A stretch of DNA of 61,874 bases, counting the filler, from Candidatus Ancaeobacter aquaticus (GTDB taxonomy: Bacteria > Auribacterota > Ancaeobacteria > Ancaeobacterales > Ancaeobacteraceae), in NCBI GenBank assembly GCA_030765405.1. It is 5 parts of 5 records of this genome, joined end to end, with 100 filler letters (N's around TTAATTAATTAA, not from the genome) between each part and the next. Parts side by side here need not be neighbours in the genome. Positions count along the whole stretch, not along the records: positions 7,593 to 33,122 come from JAVCCP010000015.1; 4 more parts are not named here. The stretch is one strand, 5' to 3'. The notes beneath the pieces are model-generated. The model was not told where the DNA came from, ran no database searches, and was given only the letters and a program-made list of their open reading frames with translations. This document shows positions 10,031 to 20,560 of this stretch, piece by piece (the first letter of the stretch is position 1; every line of letters starts with the position of its first letter). The translations under genes and the position numbers were made by a program.

Positions 10031-10870
10031 ATGAATAATGATATCAAAATTTTAGTGATTGATGATGATGAAAATATTCTTTCTCTTATGAGCGAGATAT
10101 TCAGGACAGATGGGTATATTGTCTCAACTGCCCTTAATGGAGAAAAAGGGCTCGAATGTATAGAGAAAGAAAAATTTGATCTTGTTTTTGTTGATCTTAT
10201 GATGCCCGGGTGGGATGGCCTTGAGACAATAAAAAGAATAAGGAAAATAAATATAACCGTAAGCATAATAATAATAACCGCGTACGGGAAAACGAAAGAC
10301 GCCGTTATAGAAGCGGAAAGATATTGTGTTTTTGATTATGTAACCAAACCATTCGACATAGATTACCTGTTATCACTTGTGAAATATGTGATCCAAAGGT
10401 CAAAATACAATAGAATGCCCTATAAAGAAACAATGCAGAATTATTACTGGAAAAATGATGTCTCTCAAAAACAGCTCACGATAAGAAAGTGGAAAGACCT
10501 AAAAGAACAAGTTAAATCAAGTGCGATTACAGCGCTTGATCTGAACAAGACTATAGAGAAACAGTACATTAAAACAAGAGCGACAATTAAGGAAACGGCA
10601 CGTTTTTATTATAAATCGGTTTTACGCAATAAATATATTCTTGTCGGCATTATATGTATACTCATTGGCGTTGTTTTTGGATTGTCATTTAATATGTCAT
10701 CAATGACCAAAACAGACGCCTATAACTATGCATTAAAAATGAGGAAGAAAGGAACTGTAGTTGAACCAAAAAAAAATGTTACCCTATCTGATTTTTACGG
10801 AATATTAAAAAGCATAAACTATTGGATGCACAAAGATGTTGAACAAGAACGCAAACATTTTAATAAATAG
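10031..10870 (+). CDS. Response regulator receiver domain with a C-terminal transmembrane extension
   Basis: ILVIDDD, VDLMMPG.DG, ITAYG, VTKPF; C-terminal YILVGIICILIGVVFGLSF. Confidence 0.8.
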   Translation: MNNDIKILVIDDDENILSLMSEIFRTDGYIVSTALNGEKGLECIEKEKFDLVFVDLMMPGWDGLETIKRIRKINITVSIIIITAYGKTKDAVIEAERYCVFDYVTKPFDIDYLLSLVKYVIQRSKYNRMPYKETMQNYYWKNDVSQKQLTIRKWKDLKEQVKSSAITALDLNKTIEKQYIKTRATIKETARFYYKSVLRNKYILVGIICILIGVVFGLSFNMSSMTKTDAYNYALKMRKKGTVVEPKKNVTLSDFYGILKSINYWMHKDVEQERKHFNK

Positions 10871-10916
10871 TTTAGAACTAATTTCCACCGGGGCGGTGAA
10901 AAAATAGGAGAGAACT

Positions 10917-11522
10917 ATGAACCTGAAAAACAAATATTATCTGTTATTACTTATACTCTTGCCGGTTTTTACATTATGTTTTCTCAAAGCTGCCGTTTGT
11001 TCAGCAGGCGCACTTGACGGTAAGAAGATCGTCATGATCATTGCCCACGAAAATTATCGCGATGAAGAGCTTGAAGTGCCGCTTCAGATGTTTAAAAAAG
11101 CAGGTGTTGATGTCGCTATCGCATCTACCGCACTTACTCCCGCAACTGGCATGCTTGGCGGGACGGTTACCCCTGACATGTTATATTCAGATATCACTGT
11201 AAGTGATTATGATGCAATCGTTTTTGTTGGAGGTTCGGGTGCAACTGTCTACTGGAATGATTCTGCAGCCCAAGAGATCGCAAAAAAAGCGATCGAAGAC
11301 CGAAAGATACTTGCAGCGATATGTTTTGGCCCTGTTACACTTGCAAATGCGGGCGTGCTTGAAGGAAAGAAAGCGACTGTATCAAGTTCTGAAGGAGGCA
11401 AGCTTAAAGCAATGGGTGTCTATTATACCGGCGCAGGGGTGCAAGTTGATGGCGATATTGTTACCGCCAATGGCCCCCAGAATGCGGGCGGTTTTGCTGA
11501 GGCGATAATTAATCTTTTATGA
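10917..11522 (+). CDS. DJ-1/PfpI family protein with signal peptide
   Basis: YDAIVFVGG.GA, AAICFGP, DGDIVTANGP. Confidence 0.88.
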   Translation: MNLKNKYYLLLLILLPVFTLCFLKAAVCSAGALDGKKIVMIIAHENYRDEELEVPLQMFKKAGVDVAIASTALTPATGMLGGTVTPDMLYSDITVSDYDAIVFVGGSGATVYWNDSAAQEIAKKAIEDRKILAAICFGPVTLANAGVLEGKKATVSSSEGGKLKAMGVYYTGAGVQVDGDIVTANGPQNAGGFAEAIINLL

Positions 11523-12760
11523 TGCGGTTTAGACCATTTACGGTAATTATATCCTGGGCGTTATATGACCTTGCGAACCAGTTTTTCGTACTGAATGTTG
11601 TTACACTTTATTTTCCTACCTGGCTTACCATAGTCAATAAAGCACCGGAGATCTTGTACAGCATATCATTTGGTTTTTCAATGATATGTATTGCGCTCCT
11701 TTCACCTATACTCGGTGTTTTGGCTGATCAGGGAGGTAAAAGAAAAAGTTTTCTTGTATACTTCACGCTTCTTTCAATAGTTTTTACGATGCTTCTTGGA
11801 ACGACCACGAATATATATGTGGCGCTCATCTTCTTTGCCGTTGCGAACTTTGGCTGTCAGGCAGGGATTGTGTTTTATAATGCGCTCATGGTTGATGTGG
11901 CTCCTACCGGAAAAATCGGGCTTATCTCCGGTTTTGGCCGTATGTGCGGATATATTGGCGCGATTGTTGCGCTTTACATCTCAAAACCTGTTCTAGAAAA
12001 CATGGGATATCAAGCGACCTTTGTATTAACCGGGATATTGTTTCTTATTTTTGCGCTTCCATGCATGATTATCCTCAAGGATAAAGAAAAAGGCAGTATA
12101 GTGAGCTGTGTAATGAAGCGATCACTCTGGACTCATGCGTTCACTGAATTAAAAGAGACCGTAACAAAAAGTCATAAGTTCCCTGAACTGCGAAATTTCT
12201 TTAAGGCGGCTTTTTTTGCTCTCTGTGTTGTTCATGCTATTATTCTTTTTATGGCTGTCTACGCTGCGCAGGTATTTAAGCTTGATACAACGCAGCTTGT
12301 CCACTTTATTGCATTCTCGACATTATTTGCGATTTTGGGAAGCATCATCTCCGGTTTTGTGTGTGACAAGATAGGGTACAAGAAATCGCTTCTCATAATA
12401 TACAGTGTTTGGATAGTCGCCCTTTTCCTTGGAGGAGTAACCTATGCCCCGTTTCACTGGGTAATTGGCGCTCTGGTGGGGTTAAGTCTTGGCGCGACAT
12501 GGGTTGTTTTTCGTGCGCTTGTTGTTGAGCTCGTGCCTCAAAGCAATCTTGGCGAAGCATTCGGGTTATTTAATCTTGTCAGCTACTGTGCCGGAATTGT
12601 TGGTCCACTCTGCTGGGGTTTTATCCGACTGGTGGGAAGTCGATATGGTGACTGGGGAACACGTGCGGCGTGTCTCAGTATGATAGTATTCCTTGTCGTT
12701 GCAATAGCATATCTTATGAAAGTTAAAGAACCCCTAAAAACCCGAAAAGTGTCTTCCTAA
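11519..12760 (+). CDS. MFS transporter (UMF1/Atg22-like)
   Basis: WALYDLANQ, FYNALM, about 12 hydrophobic segments. Confidence 0.85.
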   Translation: MMRFRPFTVIISWALYDLANQFFVLNVVTLYFPTWLTIVNKAPEILYSISFGFSMICIALLSPILGVLADQGGKRKSFLVYFTLLSIVFTMLLGTTTNIYVALIFFAVANFGCQAGIVFYNALMVDVAPTGKIGLISGFGRMCGYIGAIVALYISKPVLENMGYQATFVLTGILFLIFALPCMIILKDKEKGSIVSCVMKRSLWTHAFTELKETVTKSHKFPELRNFFKAAFFALCVVHAIILFMAVYAAQVFKLDTTQLVHFIAFSTLFAILGSIISGFVCDKIGYKKSLLIIYSVWIVALFLGGVTYAPFHWVIGALVGLSLGATWVVFRALVVELVPQSNLGEAFGLFNLVSYCAGIVGPLCWGFIRLVGSRYGDWGTRAACLSMIVFLVVAIAYLMKVKEPLKTRKVSS

Positions 12761-12933
12761 GATATTGAAGCGGGTTCTACTGTTACGGTAAGTTTTTCCG
12801 GGTGGAATATTTTATCGTAGCGTTCCTTGAGTGGTTTTGGTCCTATATATGCCATTACCAATATACCGACGAGAATCCCAGCTATAAGAATAATCTCAAG
12901 TGTTTTTCTTATTTGAATATTTGATCTATTCAT
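12757..12933 (-). CDS. Small single-TM membrane protein (58 aa, not in the ORF track)
   Basis: MNRSNIQIRKTLEIILIAGILVGILVMAYIGPKPLKERYDKIFHPEKLTVTVEPASIS*; AAGGA upstream. Confidence 0.6.
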   Translation of the reverse strand: MNRSNIQIRKTLEIILIAGILVGILVMAYIGPKPLKERYDKIFHPEKLTVTVEPASIS

Positions 12934-13136
12934 GACGTTTCAATCCTTAATACTTTATAATACAAATGATGGTGTATAATCGATAATTATGGTATGATTA
13001 CCGCCTGATGTAAGGCATTTTATAGCTATAGGATGTATATGTACAGCATAATTTTACATACATGCAATTACTAACCGCTGGCTCTATGGGGTAGTGGTTT
13101 ATATTTTTTTATGAAACGAATGTAAAGGAGATTGTA

Positions 13137-14258
13137 ATGGCTAAGAAAATTACGATTTTGGGTGCGGGTAACGGTGGGCATGCTATTGCATTTGATACTG
13201 CGTTAAACGGTGCTGAGGTAATGCTCTTTGAACATCCGAATTTCACAAAGAATCTTGATGGCATAAGAGAAAAGGGCGGGATTGAAGCTGTTGATGCGCT
13301 CCATGAAGAAGGGATAGATGTTCCTGCCGCACTTTCTGGGTTTGTAAAGATTGCGGGACTGACGAGTGACCCAAAAGAAGCAATGGATTTCGCTGACGTG
13401 ATCGTCATGGTCGTTCCATCGTTTGCGCAAGCTACAATATTTGAGATGGTTATGCCACACCTGCGTGACGGCCAGACATTTGTTATTCTTCCGGGAAATT
13501 TTGCCTCGTTATTATTTAAGAAGATGATGGCTGAGTCCGGTATTTCGGCTAATGTTACATTCGCCGAAACTGTATCGATACCGTATGCGGTACGGATAAT
13601 AGGGCCCGGGCAGATCTTTATTATGGGGAAAAAGACTGCGTTTAGTCTCGCGTCACTTCCGGGATCGGCAATCAATGATGTTTGCCAAACGCTGAAAGAT
13701 GTATTGCTTCTTAAGCTTATACCGCTTGCAAACGTTATAGAGGCAGGTTTTTCAAATCCTAATATGATCATACATGTGCCGACCGCGACATTGAATATGG
13801 GTGCCATGGAATCACGTGAGGGTAAAATACAATTCTATCGTGAGGGTGCATCTGACACTGTTTCGAAAGTTTTAGAGAAAATGGATAGTGAACGAGTCGA
13901 GATCGGTGCAGCTCTTGGCCTGAAACTCATTACCTTTTATGAAGCAGTGAATACTTTTTACAGTTTGGATATGAAAAGTATCAGAGATTTTACATTAAAT
14001 ACTCCGATACATAACAATATGCCTAATGATTCACCAAAGAGTCCAAAAGAACGCTACATCACCGAAGATTGTCCGTTTCTTCTTGTGCCGGTACATGAAT
14101 TTGCTCAACTGGTGAATGTTCCGTGTCCAGCGATAGAAAGTATAATAAAAATAGATAATATTTATAATGATACCGATTATTTTAAAGTTGGACGCACGTT
14201 AGATGTTATTGGTCTTAAAGGTATGAGTCCTGAAGAAATAATTGCTCATGTAAGCTAA
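13137..14258 (+). CDS. NAD/NADP octopine/nopaline (opine) dehydrogenase family
   Basis: ILGAGNGG, SNPNMIIH, RYITEDCPF. Confidence 0.88.
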   Translation: MAKKITILGAGNGGHAIAFDTALNGAEVMLFEHPNFTKNLDGIREKGGIEAVDALHEEGIDVPAALSGFVKIAGLTSDPKEAMDFADVIVMVVPSFAQATIFEMVMPHLRDGQTFVILPGNFASLLFKKMMAESGISANVTFAETVSIPYAVRIIGPGQIFIMGKKTAFSLASLPGSAINDVCQTLKDVLLLKLIPLANVIEAGFSNPNMIIHVPTATLNMGAMESREGKIQFYREGASDTVSKVLEKMDSERVEIGAALGLKLITFYEAVNTFYSLDMKSIRDFTLNTPIHNNMPNDSPKSPKERYITEDCPFLLVPVHEFAQLVNVPCPAIESIIKIDNIYNDTDYFKVGRTLDVIGLKGMSPEEIIAHVS

Positions 14259-14263
14259 TAGAT

Positions 14264-15937
14264 ATGGAGAGTGGTGTTATGTGGAATGCCGAATCGACTA
14301 CCGTAGGAAAATATCTTGCACATCGTTTAGGGCAAGCCGGCCTTAAGCATATATTTGGTGTGCCGGGAGACTATGTGCTTTCTTTCTTTGATTGTCTTGA
14401 AGAAAGTAATATTGAAGTAGTATGTAATTGTAATGAACTCAATGCCGGGTATGCGGCTGACGGGTATGCACGTATTAATGGTATCGGTGCTGTGTGTATC
14501 ACCTACGGGGTTGGCGCCTTTAGCGTTTTTAACGCTGTGGTGGGATCGTTTGCCGAACGGTTACCGGTTGTCGTTATTAGCGGTGGACCAAAAATATCTG
14601 AACGGCAACACCATCATCTGCTTCATCATACTATTGGTGATATGAATCTCCAGTATAGGATCTATGAAGAGATCATGGCAGCTTCTGTTATCTTAACCAG
14701 TGCTGATCAGGCACCATCACAAATAGATGAAACTATATCTACGTGCCTTCGGTCACGAAGACCGGTATATATTGAAGTGCCGATGGATATTGTCACAAAA
14801 CCGTGCCGGGTGCCGGGTCCGTTCACGATTGATACGGATATAAAAAGTGATGAAGAGGCGGTGACCGAAGCGCTTAATGATGCGGTGAGCATTCTTACGA
14901 ACGCGAAAAAACCCGTGATCCTTGCAGGTGTAGAAGTGCACCGTCTTGATATACGAAAAGATTTGGAAGATTTCATTACCCATAGTGGGTATCCTTACTC
15001 AACGACGCTTCTTGGAAAATCAGTGATACCTGAGAAACATCCTCAGTTTATTGGTATATACGGCGGTGCCGCAAGCCGTGAGTATGCACGAAAAACTATT
15101 GAAGAAGCTGATGTCATACTCTGTTTAGGTACCTTGATGACCGATGTACAGATCGGGCAGGGTGAGGCTCTTCTTGATTCGTCACGTATGATCGTTGCCA
15201 ATTCTGATAATGTAAAAATTAAACACCACGTATACAATAGTGTGAGCTTGAAGGATTTTATTAACGGACTCGCCCAGAAGCTTCCTAAGGGTAAGGCTGA
15301 TACAGAATCGATTGAGCATCCCTCAAAAGATTTAGAGGATGAATACATTGCTATCCCCGATCAAAAGCTTACGTTACGCCGATTCTATCAGAGGGTGAAC
15401 CGTTTTATTGAAAAAAATAATATTATTGTAACTGATACAGGTGATGCGATCTTCTGTACCGGCAACATGTATCTCCCCGAGGGTGTTGATTTTGTTGATC
15501 AGGCATTTTATTTATCGATCGGGTATTCTGTTCCTGCGACACTCGGAGTAAAGCTTGCCGCGCCTGATAAAAGGCCGATTACCTTTGTCGGTGATGGCGC
15601 ATTTCAAATGACTGCACAAGAACTTTCGACCATTATACGGCATAACCTTAATCCGATTATTTTTCTCATTAATAATGAAGGGTATACCATAGAAAGAGTA
15701 CTCGATGACGGTCCGTATAATGATCTTCAAATGTGGAAATATAATATGCTGCCGGAAGTATTTAATGGTCCAAAAGGCTTTGAAGTGAAGACTGAAGGTG
15801 ATCTAGAAAAAGCGCTTGCCTCAGCTCAGGATAATCCTGATTCGTTAGCGTTTATTGAAGTACATTTTGATAGATGGGATTGTTCGGAAAGTTTACAAAA
15901 ACTTGGCAAAGGTTTTAAGAGTGGTGGAAATCTCTAA
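14264..15937 (+). CDS. TPP-dependent 2-oxoacid decarboxylase (pyruvate/indolepyruvate decarboxylase family)
   Basis: FGVPGDY, NELNAGYAADGYAR, GDGAFQMT..NNEGYTIER. Confidence 0.92.
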   Translation: MESGVMWNAESTTVGKYLAHRLGQAGLKHIFGVPGDYVLSFFDCLEESNIEVVCNCNELNAGYAADGYARINGIGAVCITYGVGAFSVFNAVVGSFAERLPVVVISGGPKISERQHHHLLHHTIGDMNLQYRIYEEIMAASVILTSADQAPSQIDETISTCLRSRRPVYIEVPMDIVTKPCRVPGPFTIDTDIKSDEEAVTEALNDAVSILTNAKKPVILAGVEVHRLDIRKDLEDFITHSGYPYSTTLLGKSVIPEKHPQFIGIYGGAASREYARKTIEEADVILCLGTLMTDVQIGQGEALLDSSRMIVANSDNVKIKHHVYNSVSLKDFINGLAQKLPKGKADTESIEHPSKDLEDEYIAIPDQKLTLRRFYQRVNRFIEKNNIIVTDTGDAIFCTGNMYLPEGVDFVDQAFYLSIGYSVPATLGVKLAAPDKRPITFVGDGAFQMTAQELSTIIRHNLNPIIFLINNEGYTIERVLDDGPYNDLQMWKYNMLPEVFNGPKGFEVKTEGDLEKALASAQDNPDSLAFIEVHFDRWDCSESLQKLGKGFKSGGNL

Positions 15938-15957
15938 CGGGGTAAAGGAGATCAAAC

Positions 15958-18471
15958 ATGAATGAGGCCACGCATATACTTGGTGCTGAAGAAGCGCAAA
16001 AACTATCTATTGATGCATTGATGAAAACGCTCACATCTGATAGTAGCCGAGGGTTATCTTCTCAGGAGATAGATATTCGGTTAAAAGAATACGGGTATAA
16101 CAAACTTTTTGAAAAAAAAGTTAATCCGTATCTCAAATTCTTAGGATATTTTTGGGGGCCTATACCCTGGATGATCGAGATAGCGGCCATACTCTCAGCC
16201 GTAGTAAAGCACTGGGCAGATCTTATTATTATCTCAGTGCTTCTTATCTTCAATGCGCTTGTCGGTTTTTTCCAGGAGAGGCAGGCAGCGAATGCGATAG
16301 ATGCATTGAAAAAACAGCTCGCGCTGAAAGCAAAGACTCTGAGAGACGGTAAGTGGGAAGAAATCGATGCCGCGACACTTGTTCCGGGTGATATTGTTCG
16401 GCTGAGACTTGGCGATGTTATTCCAGCAGATGTAAAACTTATTGAAGGAGATTATCTTTCCATTGATCAATCAGCTCTAACCGGTGAATCCCTGCCGGTC
16501 AGTAAAGGAGTAAACGATGTCGGATATTCCGGAAGTGTCGTAAAACAGGGTGAGATGGTTGCACTTGTTGTTGCGACCGGTGAAAACACTTTTTTTGGTA
16601 AAACGGCAAAATTGGTTACAACAGCCCAAAAGGCCTCGCATTTTCAGCGGGCAGTTCTGAATATCGGTGACTACCTTATTTTTATGAGCGTAGGACTCGT
16701 ACTTATCCTCGTAACAGTACAATTGCTCCGTGGCGCTGATATTCTTCAAATAGTGCAGTTTGCCTTGATACTTACTGTTGCATCGATTCCTGTTGCGATG
16801 CCGGCAGTCCTATCTATTACTATGGCAGTGGGCGCTGAAGCGCTTTCTAAAATGAAAGCGATCGTATCTCGACTTGAATCTATCGAAGAAATGGCAGGGA
16901 TGGATATTCTGTGCTCTGATAAAACAGGTACCTTAACACAGAACAAGCTTGAGTTAGGTTCTCCCATATGTTTTGGCAATGCGGTAGATGATGAATTGAT
17001 CTTAATGGGTGCTTTGGCATCTAAAGCCGAAGATAAAGATCCTATTGATATGGCTATTTTGAATGCGTTAGGAAAAGATTCAAAGTTTTCTCAGTACACT
17101 CAAACGAAGTTTGTTCCTTTTGATCCTGTCGGTAAGCGTACGGAAGCACAGGTTTTGACACCTGACGGGGTAGGCGTAACGGTGACCAAAGGTGCTCCGC
17201 AAGTTATTCTTAACTTGTGCGCGCTTAAAGACGATGAAAAATCAAACATTGATAAAGAGGTCTTAACCTGTGCGAAAAAAGGGTATAGAACTCTTGGTGT
17301 TGCAACAAGTACCGATGGAAATACCTGGTCTTTTCTTGGCCTCTTGCCGCTCTTTGATCCTCCACGTGAAGATTCAGCTGAAACGATCAAAAAAGCAAAT
17401 GAACATGGAATACAGGTTAAAATGGTTACCGGAGACAATGTTGCAATAGCAAAAGAAATATCAGGCGCTCTCGGTCTGGGAACGAATATACGGGCGGCGG
17501 ATGAATTCTTTACGGATCAAACAGATGAAAAAGCGTATTCCGTTGCAATGGCACATAAGATAGTTACAGCAGATGGTTTTGCGCAGGTATTTCCACAGCA
17601 TAAGTTTGAGATCGTTAAAGCTATCCAATCTCAAGAGCATATTACCGGGATGACCGGTGACGGGGTGAATGACGCACCAGCACTCAAACAAGCCGATATT
17701 GGCATAGCTGTTAGCGGCGCAACAGACGCTGCACGCGCTGCAGCGGATCTTGTGCTTACAGCTCCGGGTCTTTCAGTTATTATTAAAGCTGTCGAAGAGG
17801 CGCGGAAAATATTTGAACGAATGAACAGTTACGCAATTTATCGTATTACTGAAACCATACGCATTATGCTTTTTATGGTGCTTGCCATGATCGTGTTTAA
17901 TTTCTATCCGATAACAGCCATTATGATCATACTCTTGGCACTATTAAATGATGTACCGATCATGATGATTGCAAAAGATAATACATGGCTTGATTCCAAG
18001 CCTGTTAGATGGAATATGCGGCGTGTACTTACTATATCTACAGTATTAGGTGTCCTTGGTTTGGTGGAAACTTTTGGTTTGCTTTTGATTGCTAAAGAGT
18101 GGTTTGGAATAAGCAATGAACAAGTACAGTCAATAATATTTCTTAAATTATGTGTGGCAGGACACCTAACCTTGCTTGTAGCCCGGACAAAGAAACCTTT
18201 CCTGTCCAAGCCCTATCCAGCACCGATTTTACTTCTTGCATTGTTCTTTACGCAAATTGTTGCTTTTTTTGTTGTATGGTTCGGATGGTTTGTGCCTGCT
18301 ATACCCTTGCATTACATACTCGGTGTGTGGGTATATGCTATTTTCTGGCTATTTATTGAGGATTGGGTAAAACTTCATGTCTATAAACATTTAGAATTGA
18401 GCGGAAAAAGACATCAATCATTTCTTTCTCGTGTTGGGGGATCGCTTCATTCGCATGTGCGTGATATGTGA
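15958..18471 (+). CDS. Plasma-membrane proton-efflux P-type ATPase (P3A)
   Basis: FWGPIPWMIE, TGES, IPVAMPAV, DKTGTLT, GDGVNDAPAL, YAIYRI.ET. Confidence 0.92.
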   Translation: MNEATHILGAEEAQKLSIDALMKTLTSDSSRGLSSQEIDIRLKEYGYNKLFEKKVNPYLKFLGYFWGPIPWMIEIAAILSAVVKHWADLIIISVLLIFNALVGFFQERQAANAIDALKKQLALKAKTLRDGKWEEIDAATLVPGDIVRLRLGDVIPADVKLIEGDYLSIDQSALTGESLPVSKGVNDVGYSGSVVKQGEMVALVVATGENTFFGKTAKLVTTAQKASHFQRAVLNIGDYLIFMSVGLVLILVTVQLLRGADILQIVQFALILTVASIPVAMPAVLSITMAVGAEALSKMKAIVSRLESIEEMAGMDILCSDKTGTLTQNKLELGSPICFGNAVDDELILMGALASKAEDKDPIDMAILNALGKDSKFSQYTQTKFVPFDPVGKRTEAQVLTPDGVGVTVTKGAPQVILNLCALKDDEKSNIDKEVLTCAKKGYRTLGVATSTDGNTWSFLGLLPLFDPPREDSAETIKKANEHGIQVKMVTGDNVAIAKEISGALGLGTNIRAADEFFTDQTDEKAYSVAMAHKIVTADGFAQVFPQHKFEIVKAIQSQEHITGMTGDGVNDAPALKQADIGIAVSGATDAARAAADLVLTAPGLSVIIKAVEEARKIFERMNSYAIYRITETIRIMLFMVLAMIVFNFYPITAIMIILLALLNDVPIMMIAKDNTWLDSKPVRWNMRRVLTISTVLGVLGLVETFGLLLIAKEWFGISNEQVQSIIFLKLCVAGHLTLLVARTKKPFLSKPYPAPILLLALFFTQIVAFFVVWFGWFVPAIPLHYILGVWVYAIFWLFIEDWVKLHVYKHLELSGKRHQSFLSRVGGSLHSHVRDM

Positions 18472-18526
18472 TTGTAATGAGAGTAACAGTACTATAAATA
18501 AAGATAATTTGTGAAAGAGGAATATT

Positions 18527-19135
18527 ATGAAAAAGTATGAACGCATACGTACACGTGTTTCAGTTATGTTTATTTTGTTGTGTGCAATGAGTGTATACAC
18601 TCTTTCTTCAGTATGTGCTCAAGAAGGTGCTCAGGAAAATGTGCCGTCGGGATATACAATGAAATGGGCAAATGATATTAAAGTAGGGCTTTTGGTGCCG
18701 GATGGATGGCATGTTACGCGAGATGACAGTGAAAGTGCAAAGTCGCTGCTTATCACGAAAGAAGATATAGCTGTGCAAGGATCCTTTAAAACAGGATTTA
18801 CTGTCATTATCATACCGGATATCGATGATAGAGCAGACGTACCGCCATCAGAATATGCCGAATTTTTTGTTAATAATATGAAAAATGTAACTGATCGGTC
18901 CTGGGATATAAAACCGATTGAAATGAGCGAGAGCTGTAGCGGGTCAGGCGGCTTTTTTGAATCTAAAAGCGATACCGACGGAACCCCTATCGTGCAATAT
19001 ATCATGGCGGTGGGAAATGATACGACAGGAACGGTATATATTGTGCAGTATGTAAGCACAAAAAAAGATTGGGCCCAGAACTGGACGTATGGCCAAACAA
19101 TATTAAATCATATGGAGTTATCGTCAAAACTTTAA
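18527..19135 (+). CDS. Exported hypothetical protein (PsbP/DUF1795-like fold possible)
   Basis: Signal peptide ending VCAQ; LLVPDGWHV. Confidence 0.6.
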   Translation: MKKYERIRTRVSVMFILLCAMSVYTLSSVCAQEGAQENVPSGYTMKWANDIKVGLLVPDGWHVTRDDSESAKSLLITKEDIAVQGSFKTGFTVIIIPDIDDRADVPPSEYAEFFVNNMKNVTDRSWDIKPIEMSESCSGSGGFFESKSDTDGTPIVQYIMAVGNDTTGTVYIVQYVSTKKDWAQNWTYGQTILNHMELSSKL

Positions 19136-19147
19136 AAGGTATAATTC

Positions 19148-20320
19148 TTGAGTAAGAAAGCGTTTTTCGCACTTTATTTTGCGGCATTTATTTCAATGCT
19201 TGGGCTCGGTATTATTTCTCCGATACTTCCACTGTTTGCAGAAAAACTTCATGCCAGTGGTTTTTGGGTGGGGATGATATTTACCGGATTTGTTATCTCG
19301 CGAGCGGTATTCATGCCATTCATTGGAAAGATATCCGATAAGACCGGAAGAAAGATATATATTGCCGGTGGACTGCTTTTGTACGCGGTTATTTCTGTAT
19401 GTTATCTTTATGCGTCTAATGTCTATCTTTTAACTCTGGTGCGATTAGCTCATGGTGTTGCCAGCGGTATGATAATACCGGTTGTAATGGCGTATGCCGG
19501 AAGTTGTGCAAAAAAAGGGCAGGAAGGCGCGACTATGGGAACGCTCAATATGATGCTTTACCTCGGGATGGCGGCTGGACCGTTTTTCGGGGGAGTGGTC
19601 AGTGGTATGCTTGGTTTTCGTGCGGTTTTTTACGGCATGGCAATTGTGAGCGTCATCGGTTTTGTCGTTACTCTGTTTTTCCTGCCGGAAATGAAAGCGC
19701 AGGGTAGCCGCAGTGAACAACCAACTATGCCGTTTAAAGAAATAATGAAATATAATATTATAAAGATGGTGCTTTTAGTGTCGATCATTATTACTTTGCG
19801 TGAAGCGGTCCTCATGTCTTTTCTTCCAACGCTTGCTCAAAATGTGAAGATAGACGCATCACAGGTTGGAATCATTATTTCAGTAGGTATATTGTGTGCG
19901 GGAATATTGCAAACACCCTTTGGGAAACTGGCAGATAGATTGAAAGGCGCAGGAAAACTCTACCAAATTATTATTGGATCGATTATCGGGACTCTTGCTT
20001 TGGTTGCGTTACCGTTCTTTTCAGATTTCTCCATGTTCCTTGTTTTAGGCTCTGTTATCGGTATTGGGGCCGCTATTTCAACGCCTGCTATTATGAGTAT
20101 ATCGGTTTTAGCCGGGCAGGTTTCAGGTATGGGTATGTGGATGGCAATTTTAAATACTGCCATGAGTATCGGTTTTATTGTTACCCCGCTTGTATCAGGT
20201 ATTGTAATGGATAGTATGGGGATCAATAGTGTTTTTTATCTGTTTGGGTGCGTGTCCCTGGCAGGAACAGCGATATGTTTTTATTATATGCGCAAACGTC
20301 TGAAAGGATATAAAAAATAA
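19148..20320 (+). CDS. MFS transporter (DHA1-like)
   Basis: TTG start; GKISDKTGRK motif A, about 12 TM segments. Confidence 0.88.
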   Translation: MSKKAFFALYFAAFISMLGLGIISPILPLFAEKLHASGFWVGMIFTGFVISRAVFMPFIGKISDKTGRKIYIAGGLLLYAVISVCYLYASNVYLLTLVRLAHGVASGMIIPVVMAYAGSCAKKGQEGATMGTLNMMLYLGMAAGPFFGGVVSGMLGFRAVFYGMAIVSVIGFVVTLFFLPEMKAQGSRSEQPTMPFKEIMKYNIIKMVLLVSIIITLREAVLMSFLPTLAQNVKIDASQVGIIISVGILCAGILQTPFGKLADRLKGAGKLYQIIIGSIIGTLALVALPFFSDFSMFLVLGSVIGIGAAISTPAIMSISVLAGQVSGMGMWMAILNTAMSIGFIVTPLVSGIVMDSMGINSVFYLFGCVSLAGTAICFYYMRKRLKGYKK

Positions 20321-20560
20321 GGTGTGCGGTGCTTTGTTGCTCGTCACACCGTGTCGGTGCAAAAGCTTTGTACGTTGATTTAGCTCACACCGCGTCGGTT
20401 AGAATGAGCGCTCGGTTGAGTGTGCATTTCCTAAGGCGTGGAAAAGAATGCATATACAAACATTAATTATGGAAGAAAGAAAACACGCAGAACTTTTGAT
20501 TGGAATCTATTCTCAGTATACCGAGATTATGGCATAAGAAATTGTTTTAGTGAGCAGAAT

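Noticed and set aside
10886..10898. CACCG-GGG-CGGTG mini-hairpin as a REP copy
   Set aside because: Too short to distinguish from chance, though compatible with the family.
13109..13807. 232-aa antisense ORF and the many other short overlapping ORFs in the track
   Set aside because: They lie opposite or within well-supported genes and lack domain motifs.
20344..20399. Two TCACACCGYGTCGGT direct repeats as a mini-CRISPR or riboswitch
   Set aside because: Only two 15-nt copies, no cas genes and no recognisable aptamer; at most degenerate REP-like sequence.
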